Assembly: GCA_017647405.1 (NCBI GenBank)
Contig: JAGCKR010000060.1
Coordinates: 12,381 to 76,380, forward strand
Length of the DNA stretch: 64,000 bases
Direction: 5' to 3'
Source: Alphaproteobacteria bacterium
GTDB lineage: Bacteria; Pseudomonadota; Alphaproteobacteria; CAAHEQ01; UBA3637
Shown here: positions 18,904 through 28,339 of the stretch, piece by piece
How positions within the stretch are numbered: position 1 is the stretch's first letter
Layout of the letters: each line of letters starts with the position of its first letter
Translations under genes and position numbers: made by a program
The notes under the pieces: generated by a model
What the model was told of the DNA's origin: nothing
Database searches by the model: none
The model's input: only the letters and a program-made list of their open reading frames with translations

Positions 18904-19202
18904 TGACATTTAAAAGTAATATTTGAATTATTTTTTGCGATTAATTCCTCGTTTTTAATGGTATATATTTCTTGGTTATCTTTAATAAAAACATTTATCT
19001 CATTGTTTTGAAATGTATATAATCCTTGTTGTGAAGATGTTTTTTTCCCTGTTGAGGTCTCTTTTTGAATTCGACCTTCCTTAAAAAATAAATTAACGCT
19101 TTGATTATTGTTTTTATATTGATATTGTTCACAATAAGGAGCCTTATTAGAGGCACAACCGGTGGTTAAACAAAATAATGTAAACAAAAATATTTTTTTC
19201 AT
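18900..19202 (-). CDS. small hypothetical lipoprotein
   Basis: MKKIFL...TGC lipobox; overlaps the trmJ stop. Confidence 0.7.
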   Translation of the reverse strand: MKKIFLFTLFCLTTGCASNKAPYCEQYQYKNNNQSVNLFFKEGRIQKETSTGKKTSSQQGLYTFQNNEINVFIKDNQEIYTIKNEELIAKNNSNITFKCH

Positions 19203-19957
19203 TTTTCATTGGGCTTTCGTGTTAAATCAGTCACAATTTTATGAAGCGTTTTAATTTCCGACGATGTCAGATTATTTCTTGAAAAAATGTTTCTTAAATT
19301 ATGACTCATGCGTTCTTTTTTATCGATAAATCGAAAATATCCTCTTTTTTCTAGCTCTGTTTCAATATGGTCAAAAAAAGCAGAAAGCTCGGTATGAGTG
19401 GCCAGAGGGCAACCACCTGATTCAAGGTGTGTATTTGTTTGTTGCAAAGTACTTTTATGCCATTCATATCCCATTAATAAAACAGCTTGAGAAAGATTTA
19501 AAGAGGCATGTAGCGGATTAAGGGGAATTTCAACAATACCATTTGCATAAACAATTTCTTTGTTTTCAAGTCCTGTTCGCTCGGCCCCAAATAAAAGAGC
19601 TGTTTTTGCGCCATTTCCAATTTTTTGATGAAGAAGTTGAATGCCATCTTGAGGGGCATAAATTTCTTTGGTCATATCTCTTTTTCTGGCACTTGTTGCT
19701 AAAACAAAGTGAATATCTTGTAAAGCTTCTTCCAAAGATGAAAAACATTTTGCCGATTCTAAAATTTGTTGTGAGCCAGAAGAGGCTGAAATAGCTTTAG
19801 CACTTAAATGATTATCTCTCGGATTAACAAGACGTAACTCGGATAAACAACAATTCATCATTGCGCGTGCAACCATGCCCATGTTTTCATCTAATTGTGG
19901 ACGGGCAAGGATAACAACTGGCGCCGAAGGTTGTATGATATTCTTAATATTCTTCAT
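19199..19957 (-). CDS. trmJ: TrmJ/LasT family tRNA methyltransferase
   Basis: ENMGMVARAMMN, FGAERTGL, SLNLSQAV motifs. Confidence 0.92.
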   Translation of the reverse strand: MKNIKNIIQPSAPVVILARPQLDENMGMVARAMMNCCLSELRLVNPRDNHLSAKAISASSGSQQILESAKCFSSLEEALQDIHFVLATSARKRDMTKEIYAPQDGIQLLHQKIGNGAKTALLFGAERTGLENKEIVYANGIVEIPLNPLHASLNLSQAVLLMGYEWHKSTLQQTNTHLESGGCPLATHTELSAFFDHIETELEKRGYFRFIDKKERMSHNLRNIFSRNNLTSSEIKTLHKIVTDLTRKPNEK

Positions 19958-20433
19958 TAATAAAAAGCATCCGGATTAATAGAATACGATTTCTTGCCAA
20001 GTTTTTTTTGCTCTACGGGGACTTGAATCAGTTTTGTTATATCTATCTTCCCATGTTCAGGATGTGGTTGATAATTTTCATTTTTAACTAATTTACCATC
20101 TTTTTCGATATATTTTGTATTTTTCGAAATATAATCCGGATTTAGTTCTATCTGACCGTCTTTTTCCGTGAAGGGGGGATTAACTTCATAGTTATTATAT
20201 AATACTTGGTATTCATCATCCGTATATTTATGAATTTTATTCAAGGATTCCATAATTTTTTCTTTATCTTTAAGCATATTTTCCAGAACTTTCTTTCTGG
20301 CCTTTTTTTGCATTTCTTTGATATAAGGGCTATTCATAAAACTGATATCTTTTTGATCAGAATTTTCTGCAAAAGATTGCATTGGCATCAGAAATAAACA
20401 AAAAATGTATCCAAAGAGTAAAGTTTTTTTCAT
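19957..20433 (-). CDS. hypothetical exported protein
   Basis: Signal peptide ending SFA; short internal repeat EKDG.(I/L)..N..Y. Confidence 0.7.
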   Translation of the reverse strand: MKKTLLFGYIFCLFLMPMQSFAENSDQKDISFMNSPYIKEMQKKARKKVLENMLKDKEKIMESLNKIHKYTDDEYQVLYNNYEVNPPFTEKDGQIELNPDYISKNTKYIEKDGKLVKNENYQPHPEHGKIDITKLIQVPVEQKKLGKKSYSINPDAFY

Positions 20434-20448
20434 TAAAGACTCCTTTTT

Positions 20449-21246
20449 TTAAGCTTTATATTCTCTTTTAAATTTCAAGAAATAATAAATGCATACAGGG
20501 ATGGATATCAGATAAATAATACCAAGAATACTTAACGTTACCCATGGAAGAGTGATAAGACCGGCAATCACAAAAAAGGCAATAAACATTAAAACACTAG
20601 ACATTTGTGGAGAAACATGGATATGTTTCAAACAAAGAGTTGGGATTTTACTTGCCATCATAATACCACTAAAAACAAGGAAAAAAGCTGCAACAGCAGG
20701 ATTTCTGAAACATTCAAATTCTTGTCCTGTTGCTAACCAAAAAATAAGTGGCAAAATGCTTAAAAATCCGCCGGCAGGAGCAGGAACACCCATGAAAAAA
20801 TGTTTCCAATAGGGTGGTTGTTTGATATCTATCAAGCTGTTAAAACGAGCCAATCTGGCAGCGCAACACATAGATACAAATAAAACAAATCCCCAATAAA
20901 CACCGATAGCTTCTTTTTTAACGGCAAGATTTTGTAACACGCTGATTCTGGTGTTACCATCCATTGTCCAAAGATACATTAAAAAGGCAGGTGCTACTCC
21001 GAAACTGACAAAATCAGAAAGAGAATCAAGTTCGGCGCCGAACTTTGATGAAACATTCAGCATGCGGGCAACTTTCCCATCTAAAAAATCAAAGACACCG
21101 GCCAAAGCAATGAATGTTATTGCTAAGGCCCATTCTCCCCAAAACGCCATGTTAATTGAGGAAACGCCAAAGGCCAAAGCCGCCATGGTGACGGCATTTG
21201 GAAAAATCAGTTTAATATTAATTTCTTTATCTGTTTTTTCAGTCAT
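20449..21246 (-). CDS. pssA: CDP-diacylglycerol--serine O-phosphatidyltransferase
   Basis: PNAVT, DFLDGKVAR...GAELDSLSDFVSFGVAP, RLARFN; adjacent to psd. Confidence 0.93.
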   Translation of the reverse strand: MTEKTDKEINIKLIFPNAVTMAALAFGVSSINMAFWGEWALAITFIALAGVFDFLDGKVARMLNVSSKFGAELDSLSDFVSFGVAPAFLMYLWTMDGNTRISVLQNLAVKKEAIGVYWGFVLFVSMCCAARLARFNSLIDIKQPPYWKHFFMGVPAPAGGFLSILPLIFWLATGQEFECFRNPAVAAFFLVFSGIMMASKIPTLCLKHIHVSPQMSSVLMFIAFFVIAGLITLPWVTLSILGIIYLISIPVCIYYFLKFKREYKA

Positions 21247-21256
21247 AGAGTTTCTC

Positions 21257-21979
21257 TTATTTTCTTTCGTTTAAATCTGCTAAAACGGTTTCGCCGGCAA
21301 CCATAACTTGACCTGGTAAAACTTTCGGATAAACACCTTTTGGCATAAAGACATCTAAACGACTGCCAAAGCGTATCATACCGAAGACGGATCCTTTTTT
21401 AACATTTTCACCCACTTTTAACGGGCAATAAATACGTCTGGCAACAAGGCCGGCAATTTGGATAAATCCGATTTTGGTGCCATCTTCTCTTTTAATGGTA
21501 ATTTCTTGACGTTCATTATCTTCACTGTCTTTATCGGCAATATTCACAAATTTACCAGGACGATAGGTGAGGGCATCAACCATGCCGCTTGTTGGTGCTC
21601 TGTTTACATGAACATTAAATACACTCATAAAAATACTGACACGCAATAATTCCTCATCGCCTAAGCCCATTTCTTTTGGGGGAACAACATATTTAATGTT
21701 GCTGACAATACCATCTGCCGGCGAAATAATTAAATTATCTCCTTCAGGTGTTACACGAGGCGGATTTCTGAAGAAATAAAAAACAAAAGCAAGTAATGGC
21801 AGTGTAAAACTCATGGTGCATGGGACAAAAATTCCAAGAATGATAAAAATTAACGCGGCAACACCAAAAATTTTTAATCCTTCTGGATGAATAGCCGGTA
21901 AAATATATCTTTTCCATGAAAGATCAACGTTATCGGAATTTGGAACAGTGTAAGAATTATGTTGTTTGTTTTCAGTCAT
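21257..21979 (-). CDS. psd: phosphatidylserine decarboxylase proenzyme
   Basis: [30 protein letters not shown]; AGGAG RBS before MTENK. Confidence 0.95.
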   Translation of the reverse strand: MTENKQHNSYTVPNSDNVDLSWKRYILPAIHPEGLKIFGVAALIFIILGIFVPCTMSFTLPLLAFVFYFFRNPPRVTPEGDNLIISPADGIVSNIKYVVPPKEMGLGDEELLRVSIFMSVFNVHVNRAPTSGMVDALTYRPGKFVNIADKDSEDNERQEITIKREDGTKIGFIQIAGLVARRIYCPLKVGENVKKGSVFGMIRFGSRLDVFMPKGVYPKVLPGQVMVAGETVLADLNERK

Positions 21980-22117
21980 TTTTTTTCTCCTTTTGCAAAT
22001 AAGTCTAAATGATTTTGTTTTCTTTTTCAAAGTATTTTTTCAGAAAAGTAAAAAAAAGATGATTTTGTTCAAAAAGAGTTGACTTCTTTCATGTATTTTT
22101 TTATAATCAAAAAACAT

Positions 22118-22204
22118 GCTCAAGTGGCGAAATTGGTAGACGCGCTGGCTTCAGGTGCTAGTACCTTAACGGGTGTGAAGGTTCGAGTCCTTTCTTGAGC
22201 ACCA
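22118..22204 (+). tRNA. tRNA-Leu(CAG)
   Basis: GCTCAAG...CTTGAGC-ACCA; anticodon arm CTGGC-TTCAGGT-GCTAG; long variable arm. Confidence 0.96.
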
Positions 22205-22233
22205 AAAAAGCTCTTCATGATTGAAGAGCTTTT
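22205..22233. terminator. bidirectional terminator
   Basis: AAAAGCTCTTCA-TGAT-TGAAGAGCTTTT. Confidence 0.8.
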
Positions 22234-22239
22234 GTTTTT

Positions 22240-23148
22240 TTATTTGTATTCTGATTTATCAAATCGGTGATGGACCCAAAGCCATTGTTCCGGATTTTCT
22301 TTAATCCAGTTTTCGATTGTTTGATTGATTGTTTTTGTTAATTCGTAAACGGCTTTTTCATCCCCTAGTTTTTCCTTGTTTGGCATGGGAAGTGGTTGGG
22401 AAACTTCAATATCAAAAAGCCCATCATTTGCTCTGATACATTTAGCCATGATGACGGGAAGATTCATTTTAAGTGCAATTGTTGCTGTTGCCGGTGCGGT
22501 TTTGACCATCTTACCAAAGAAGGGAACTTCGATGCCTTCTCTTAATTTTTGATCACAAAGAATCACAACACCACCACCATTTTTAAGAACCTGAACCATT
22601 AATCTTGCGCCGGCGGTTCCTTTGGGAATAAGTGTTCCTTTACGTCGTTGAAACATAATTTTATCTATCCATTTATTATTAGCAACTCTATAAACAGGAT
22701 TAAGATAATAATCATCAAAAAGAGGGGCTGAAACAGCCGGCTCCCAATTGCCTAAATGAGCAGAGCAAACAAAACATCCTTGTTTTTTTTGGTGAAGATC
22801 TTTTAATGTTTCCATGCCTTTTGTTCGGGCGTTTTGATAAAAATATTGTCCATGTGGCATTTCGGCAAAAAAACGTCCCCAATGTTGCCACATGTTTTTT
22901 AAAATTTCTTCTTTTTCGGTTTCATTTTTTTCCGGAAAGGCGATGTTTAAATTAATTCGGGCAATTTTATTTCTTTTTTTCATCACCTTATAAAGAATTT
23001 TTCCTATTTTTGCGCCTAAATTAGAAGCTGTTTTGGCAGGTAAAATTTGAAAAAATGTATAAACAATTAAAACAAAAAATGCGGTAAGTGGATCGAAAAA
23101 AAATCTTTGTAAAAAGGTTCTGTTACCGCGGCGAATAGCTTTAGCCAT
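22240..23148 (-). CDS. lpxL: lipid A late acyltransferase (LpxL/HtrB family)
   Basis: NLNIAFPE, AHLGNWE, LCDQ, VPFFG, PEQWLWVHHRF. Confidence 0.9.
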   Translation of the reverse strand: MAKAIRRGNRTFLQRFFFDPLTAFFVLIVYTFFQILPAKTASNLGAKIGKILYKVMKKRNKIARINLNIAFPEKNETEKEEILKNMWQHWGRFFAEMPHGQYFYQNARTKGMETLKDLHQKKQGCFVCSAHLGNWEPAVSAPLFDDYYLNPVYRVANNKWIDKIMFQRRKGTLIPKGTAGARLMVQVLKNGGGVVILCDQKLREGIEVPFFGKMVKTAPATATIALKMNLPVIMAKCIRANDGLFDIEVSQPLPMPNKEKLGDEKAVYELTKTINQTIENWIKENPEQWLWVHHRFDKSEYK

Positions 23149-23163
23149 CTGCTTCTCCTTTAT

Positions 23164-24138
23164 TTAATATGTGATATTTTTTAATAATTCTTTAATTTCA
23201 TCCGGTTTATCGAAAACGAATTCACCATCAGCGATGTGGATATCTTTTAATAAATCGCGGGGAATTTTAACAGCGTCTTTGGTTGTTGTCACTAATGGCA
23301 ATCCGTTTGCCTTTTTTTGCAATTGTTCGATATCAAATCTGGTATAAAAATAATGGTCCGGATAACTTTCTGTTTTTATCGGATTAACATGGTGTTCTTT
23401 TAACAGATTGAAAAATTTTTGTGGTTGCCCAATGCCGGCAAATGCTAAAACGTCTTTATTCTTTAATGCCGATAAAAATTTTGTTTTAGGTTTAAAATGG
23501 CCGGTGAAAACCGGAAGATCAATATTGTTGCGTTGTAGATAAAATGAAATACCCCATTCATCTTTTCCGGCAATTACAATAGCATCAGCTCTGTTTAATC
23601 CTTTTAAAACCGGTTCACGCAAAGGACCAGCAGGCATGACGCATTCGTTTCCAAACCCCTTTTTGCCGTCAACAACAATAAATGAAAATGTTTTAATAAG
23701 AGAAGGATTTTGAAATCCATCATCCATGACAATACATTCTGCCCCACGTCTGATGGCAAGTTGCGCACCTCTGGCTCTTTGATTATCAACAACTGTTGGG
23801 GCATAACAAGCCAGTAAAACGGCTTCGTCTCCCACATCATAGGCAGAATGGGTTTTTAAATCAACCATCACATTTTTTAAATGAGATTTATATCCATGGT
23901 TTAAAAAGAAAAAGGATTTTTTTATTTTATAAAGTTCTTTAGCAATGGCTAAACAGACCGGTGTTTTTCCTGTTCCACCGACAGAAAGGTTTCCAACACA
24001 AATAACCGGTATATTTGCTTGATAAGGTTTTGCTCTTCTAATGCGGTAAGCTGTTGCAAATGCATAAAGAGCTCCCAATGGTTTCAAAAGTTTTGATAAA
24101 AAAGAATTGGGGATATCCCAAAATTTCGGTGTGCCCAT
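23164..24138 (-). CDS. lpxK: tetraacyldisaccharide 4'-kinase
   Basis: VGNLSVGGTGKTP, GDEA, MDDGFQ, PAGPLRE, PDH. Confidence 0.97.
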   Translation of the reverse strand: MGTPKFWDIPNSFLSKLLKPLGALYAFATAYRIRRAKPYQANIPVICVGNLSVGGTGKTPVCLAIAKELYKIKKSFFFLNHGYKSHLKNVMVDLKTHSAYDVGDEAVLLACYAPTVVDNQRARGAQLAIRRGAECIVMDDGFQNPSLIKTFSFIVVDGKKGFGNECVMPAGPLREPVLKGLNRADAIVIAGKDEWGISFYLQRNNIDLPVFTGHFKPKTKFLSALKNKDVLAFAGIGQPQKFFNLLKEHHVNPIKTESYPDHYFYTRFDIEQLQKKANGLPLVTTTKDAVKIPRDLLKDIHIADGEFVFDKPDEIKELLKNITY

Positions 24139-24224
24139 TTTTGCCTCCGCCCAAAAGAAACATTACTTTCTTTACTATATCATAAAAAATAAAGATATCC
24201 AGTCTTTTTTTTGTTTTTTAGACC

Positions 24225-25496
24225 TTAAATATTAAATTTTTGGTGTAAGATTTCCCATACTCGATCTAAAACACTCATTTCCGATGTTGCTAAACGTTCG
24301 GCATTTTCACGCATTTCGCTAAAATGCGCGGGTTTAATTAAAAATTGTGCAAGAATACTTGATAATTCTTCTTTATTTTGAACTTCAACAAGGGCATTTT
24401 TTTCTTTTGCCGTTGCAACAATTTCTTTGAAATTAAAAGCATATGGCCCGATAACAACAGCTCTTTTTAAGCGCATAGGTTCAAGCATGTTTTGTCCTCC
24501 GAAAGCAATCAGAGAACCCCCAACAAAAACAAAATCTGTTAATTGATATAAAAGACCCATTTCACCAATAGTATCTGCCATATAAATATCTGTATCAGCT
24601 GTGATTTCTTCACTTTTGGAACGTCTTGCAACTTTTAATCCTTTTTTTTCAAATTGCATAATTAAAGCATCGGCTCTGTTTGGGTGACGTGGAACAAAAA
24701 CAGTTAAAAGATCCGGATATTTTTCTTTTAATGTTATGTGGATTTCGGCACCTTGTAATTCTTCGTTTTCATGAGTGCTGGCCATCGTCCAACAGGGACG
24801 ATTATTAATTGCCTGATGAATTTTTTTTAGCTCTTCTTGATCAAATGGCGGATTAACAGCTGCAAATTTTAAATTTCCCGTTGAAACAACATTTTCTGCT
24901 CCCAAAACCTTTAATCTTCTGGCATCTTCTTGTGTTTGACCAAAGGAAAGAGTGAATAAAGATTGAATAGTTTTAATGATATAAGGATGTTTTTGCCAGC
25001 GAGCAAAAGATTTATCGGAAATGCGCCCGTTTAAAAGAATGAGCGGTTTTTTATTTTTTTTGATGGCTGTTAGCATATTGGGCCAAAAATCAGACTCAAA
25101 CCATAAAACAGCATCGGCATTCCAGTATTTCACAAAACGTTTTGCTGCCAAGGGGGTATCAATCGGAATAAACTGATGAAAAGCTCTTTCCGGTAATCTT
25201 TTTTTCATAAGTTCGGCAGATGTGACGGTGCCAGAGGTAACCATTACATGCATTGATTTATCTTCATCCAGCATTTTTTTTACAAGAGGAAGCATAGATA
25301 AACATTCGCCAACACTGGCTCCATGCATCCAAATAAGTTTCCCTTTCGGCCTTTCTTTCTTTGGAAAACCTAATCGTTCATTTAAACGGGATTTATCTTC
25401 TTTGTTTTTCAAAAGCCTGAACCCTATAAAAATTAAAATAAATGGATACAATAAAATGCAAAGACATTTATAAAAAAATAATGCTGTCATTTTCAA
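24225..25496 (-). CDS. waaA: Kdo transferase
   Basis: WMHGASVGE, NGRISDKS, VPRHP, DTIGEM, GGSL..GGQN.LEP. Confidence 0.97.
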   Translation of the reverse strand: MKMTALFFYKCLCILLYPFILIFIGFRLLKNKEDKSRLNERLGFPKKERPKGKLIWMHGASVGECLSMLPLVKKMLDEDKSMHVMVTSGTVTSAELMKKRLPERAFHQFIPIDTPLAAKRFVKYWNADAVLWFESDFWPNMLTAIKKNKKPLILLNGRISDKSFARWQKHPYIIKTIQSLFTLSFGQTQEDARRLKVLGAENVVSTGNLKFAAVNPPFDQEELKKIHQAINNRPCWTMASTHENEELQGAEIHITLKEKYPDLLTVFVPRHPNRADALIMQFEKKGLKVARRSKSEEITADTDIYMADTIGEMGLLYQLTDFVFVGGSLIAFGGQNMLEPMRLKRAVVIGPYAFNFKEIVATAKEKNALVEVQNKEELSSILAQFLIKPAHFSEMRENAERLATSEMSVLDRVWEILHQKFNI

Positions 25497-25579
25497 TTTC
25501 TTTCTGATAATATATATTTAAGAAACGAGGTTTTTTTCTAATGGCATACTAAAATAATTCATTTAAAAAGGCAAGAAAA

Positions 25580-26167
25580 ATGATTACGGTTATTTCAAAA
25601 AATAAACTTTATACGGATACGTTATGTGATGCATTAAAAGACTTGGATGCAAAAAATTATAATCATGACAAAGAGTTTGGAGAAGCGTTGATTATCGCTT
25701 TGGATCAAGAATTAACGGATCAGATTTTGGCTCAGGAAGTTTCTTGTCCTGTGTTGTTGATAGGTGCAACTCATGAGGAAGCTGATATTGAATTAACGGC
25801 TCCTTGTAGTTTATATGAATTAAAATTGCATTTAAAAACTTTATTGGAAAAGAAAAATGCAGCTCAGGTTTTTGAAAATAAACGTTTTTTGTTTGATGGG
25901 GCGAAACGTTCACTGTATGATAAAAAAACAAAAAAGGATTATTATTTAACAGAAAAAGAAACAGATTTGATTTCTTTTTTGGTTCGTTCATTGCCGGAAG
26001 GTGCTTCAAAAACAGATTTGCTCACTGAAGTTTGGAAATATCGAGCAGATATTGAAACGCATACAGTTGAATCTCATATCTATGCGTTAAGGCAAAAAAT
26101 TGGCGAAAAGGCGGCCGAAAGTTTATTAAAAAATAATGACGAGGGATATATCTTGGTTAATGAATAA
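25580..26167 (+). CDS. OmpR/PhoB-type winged-helix regulator (CenR-like) with degenerate receiver
   Basis: LTEKE...LLTEVWKY....THTVESHIYALRQKIG DNA-binding domain; short atypical N-terminal domain. Confidence 0.8.
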   Translation: MITVISKNKLYTDTLCDALKDLDAKNYNHDKEFGEALIIALDQELTDQILAQEVSCPVLLIGATHEEADIELTAPCSLYELKLHLKTLLEKKNAAQVFENKRFLFDGAKRSLYDKKTKKDYYLTEKETDLISFLVRSLPEGASKTDLLTEVWKYRADIETHTVESHIYALRQKIGEKAAESLLKNNDEGYILVNE

Positions 26168-26200
26168 AAAAAAGCGGCTTTTCAAGCCGCTCTTTTTTTT
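26166..26200. terminator. bidirectional terminator
   Basis: A tract-AGCGGCTT-TTC-AAGCCGCT-T tract. Confidence 0.8.
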
Positions 26201-26211
26201 ATTTCTTTTTA

Positions 26212-26628
26212 TTAGATCAAAGATTTTTTGTTTGTTTTGATATTCAAACCATTGTTGATGTTTGAATTTAAAGAAACTTTTGATTTTAATGAAGAAACAT
26301 TTGATTTAAATCCGTATGCATTATTGATAGCGGCATTTGATTTAATTGTTGTTTGTGCAGAAACAGCTTTCAAATTTGTTTTTGCTTTTGTTGTTTTTGT
26401 AATCGTGGAAGCTTTTGATGTTTTAGAAGCTGTTTTTGTGCTTGTTTTTGTTGAAGCAGAAGCTTTTTTTGTTGTGCATTTTGATGTTTTGCAAGATGAT
26501 TTTGAATTCATCAATTTATCGCAAGCTTTTTGCCAGAATTCATTTTCTTGACCCCAAGGACGGCCGGATTCTTCCCACATGTAATAAGCCGTCAAACGGA
26601 TTTCTTCCTCATTTGTGTATTTTTTCAT
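26212..26628 (-). CDS. DUF2934-domain protein with basic K/T/A/S-rich tail
   Basis: EEEIRLTAYYMWEESGRPWGQENEFW matches the DUF2934 pattern; GAGG RBS. Confidence 0.8.
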   Translation of the reverse strand: MKKYTNEEEIRLTAYYMWEESGRPWGQENEFWQKACDKLMNSKSSCKTSKCTTKKASASTKTSTKTASKTSKASTITKTTKAKTNLKAVSAQTTIKSNAAINNAYGFKSNVSSLKSKVSLNSNINNGLNIKTNKKSLI

Positions 26629-26862
26629 AATAAAAACTCCTCTAGTAAATGTGAAACTCAACTAGAATATAAAATAAATAATTTTTTAATTCAATTCCTT
26701 TTTTATTGTTTTATGAAAAAAGAAAAATTATTTTGATTTTTTTTATTAATAAATAGTTAATCATTTACTTTTTGTTAATAAAAAAAGAATTTGTTAAGTA
26801 AAAAAAGAGAAAAACAAAAAATTTTTCTCTTTAAAAAATTGCGATTCGGAAAAAAGATAAAT

Positions 26863-28155
26863 TTATCCAATTTTTGTTCGCACAACCGTCAGGGCTGGTA
26901 ATAAATCACGGATTTCTTTTTTAAGAGGAATTTCAACGGATTGGCCAAGATGACCGGAAGAAATTTCTTCTGTTTCGGTTCCTGTTCTGTGGTCATAAAG
27001 TTCCGTAACAGTAATACGAATAGGATCAAGTTTATAAGGAGATAAAAATTCAAGTTCCATTCCTTTTTGAATTTTATGTTTGATTTCCATGATAATGCGA
27101 TCTTCTTTTTCCCCTTTAACAAGACCGGCATATCGCCATGTTCCATCGCTTGCCGAAACATCATAATTATGTGCTTCAGGGCCGGCATTTCCGTCTAAGA
27201 ATCCAACGGTATAACCACGAGATTGAAGTGTCATCAGTTCTTCCATATATTTATCTGGTGACCAATTTTCAGGATCGTTAAACCAATCGTCAATGGCGTG
27301 GCGATATGTTCTGGCAGTAATGGCGGCATAGTATTCTGATTTATTTCGTCCTTCAATTTTAAAAGAATCAATGCCGATAGGAAGAAGGTCATTTAAACGT
27401 GGCAACCAACATAAATCCCTTGAATTCATGATATATGTGCCATTTTCATCTTCATCAATTTGCATTAGTTCACCCGTTCTTGTTTCTTCTTCAATATAAT
27501 AAGTATTTTCTGATTTTGGATGAATAGGTGCAGATTCATATATTTTATAACGCCATCTGCAAGAATGAGCACAATTTCCTTTGTTAGCGCTTCTACCAGT
27601 CATAAAGTTTGAAAGCAGGCAACGACCTGAATAACTGACACATAAAGCCCCATGAATAAATGTTTCAATTTTAATGTCAGGGCATTGTTCTCTGATTTCT
27701 TTGATTTCAGATAGAGGAACTTCGCGCCCTAAAACGCAAAGACTGGCCCCTTGTTTTTTCCAAAAATTAACCGTGAGAGTTGAGCAAACATTTGCTTGTG
27801 TTGAAATATGAAGAGGCAACGTTGGAATTTCTTCTTGAATGCGAGCAAAAATACCAGGATCGGCTACAATGACACCATCTGGATTCAAATCTTTTAGAAG
27901 AGTGATAAAGTTTTCGATTTTTTCGATATCTTTATTATGCGTGAATAAATTAACAGTGAGGTATACTTTTTTGCCAAGCAAATGAGCATATTCAATGCCT
28001 TCCTTCATTTCTTCAGGAGTAAATGAAATTTTATTTCGAAGGCAAACACCAGGCATACCGGCATAAACGGCATCTGCCCCATATAAGAAGGCTGTTTTTA
28101 ATCTATTAAGTGAACCAGCTGGAAGTAAAAGTTCCGGTTTTTTGATTTCTTTCAT
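26863..28155 (-). CDS. trhP: peptidase U32 family tRNA hydroxylation protein (YegQ/TrhP-like)
   Basis: PELLLPAG, GADAVY, HISTQAN, HGALCVSYSGRCLLS, CAHSCR, KIEGR. Confidence 0.88.
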   Translation of the reverse strand: MKEIKKPELLLPAGSLNRLKTAFLYGADAVYAGMPGVCLRNKISFTPEEMKEGIEYAHLLGKKVYLTVNLFTHNKDIEKIENFITLLKDLNPDGVIVADPGIFARIQEEIPTLPLHISTQANVCSTLTVNFWKKQGASLCVLGREVPLSEIKEIREQCPDIKIETFIHGALCVSYSGRCLLSNFMTGRSANKGNCAHSCRWRYKIYESAPIHPKSENTYYIEEETRTGELMQIDEDENGTYIMNSRDLCWLPRLNDLLPIGIDSFKIEGRNKSEYYAAITARTYRHAIDDWFNDPENWSPDKYMEELMTLQSRGYTVGFLDGNAGPEAHNYDVSASDGTWRYAGLVKGEKEDRIIMEIKHKIQKGMELEFLSPYKLDPIRITVTELYDHRTGTETEEISSGHLGQSVEIPLKKEIRDLLPALTVVRTKIG

Positions 28156-28339
28156 TTTTTTATCCTTTTTAATTTTATTTTGGGCGTATTATATCCTTTT
28201 TTTTAAGAAAAATCAAAAAAATATTACACTTTTTTAAGTTTTTGCTTTATAATGGCGAACATTGGTTGAAAAAGGAGTTGACTTTTTAAATTTAGAAAAC
28301 AACATCTTTTATATTAAAAATGATAAGAAAGGATTGAAT

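Noticed and set aside
26746-26797. TTAA-N7-TTAA CtrA-like box with extra GTTAA half-sites upstream of the DUF2934 gene
   Set aside because: Easily arises by chance in very AT-rich intergenic DNA; cannot be supported without conservation data
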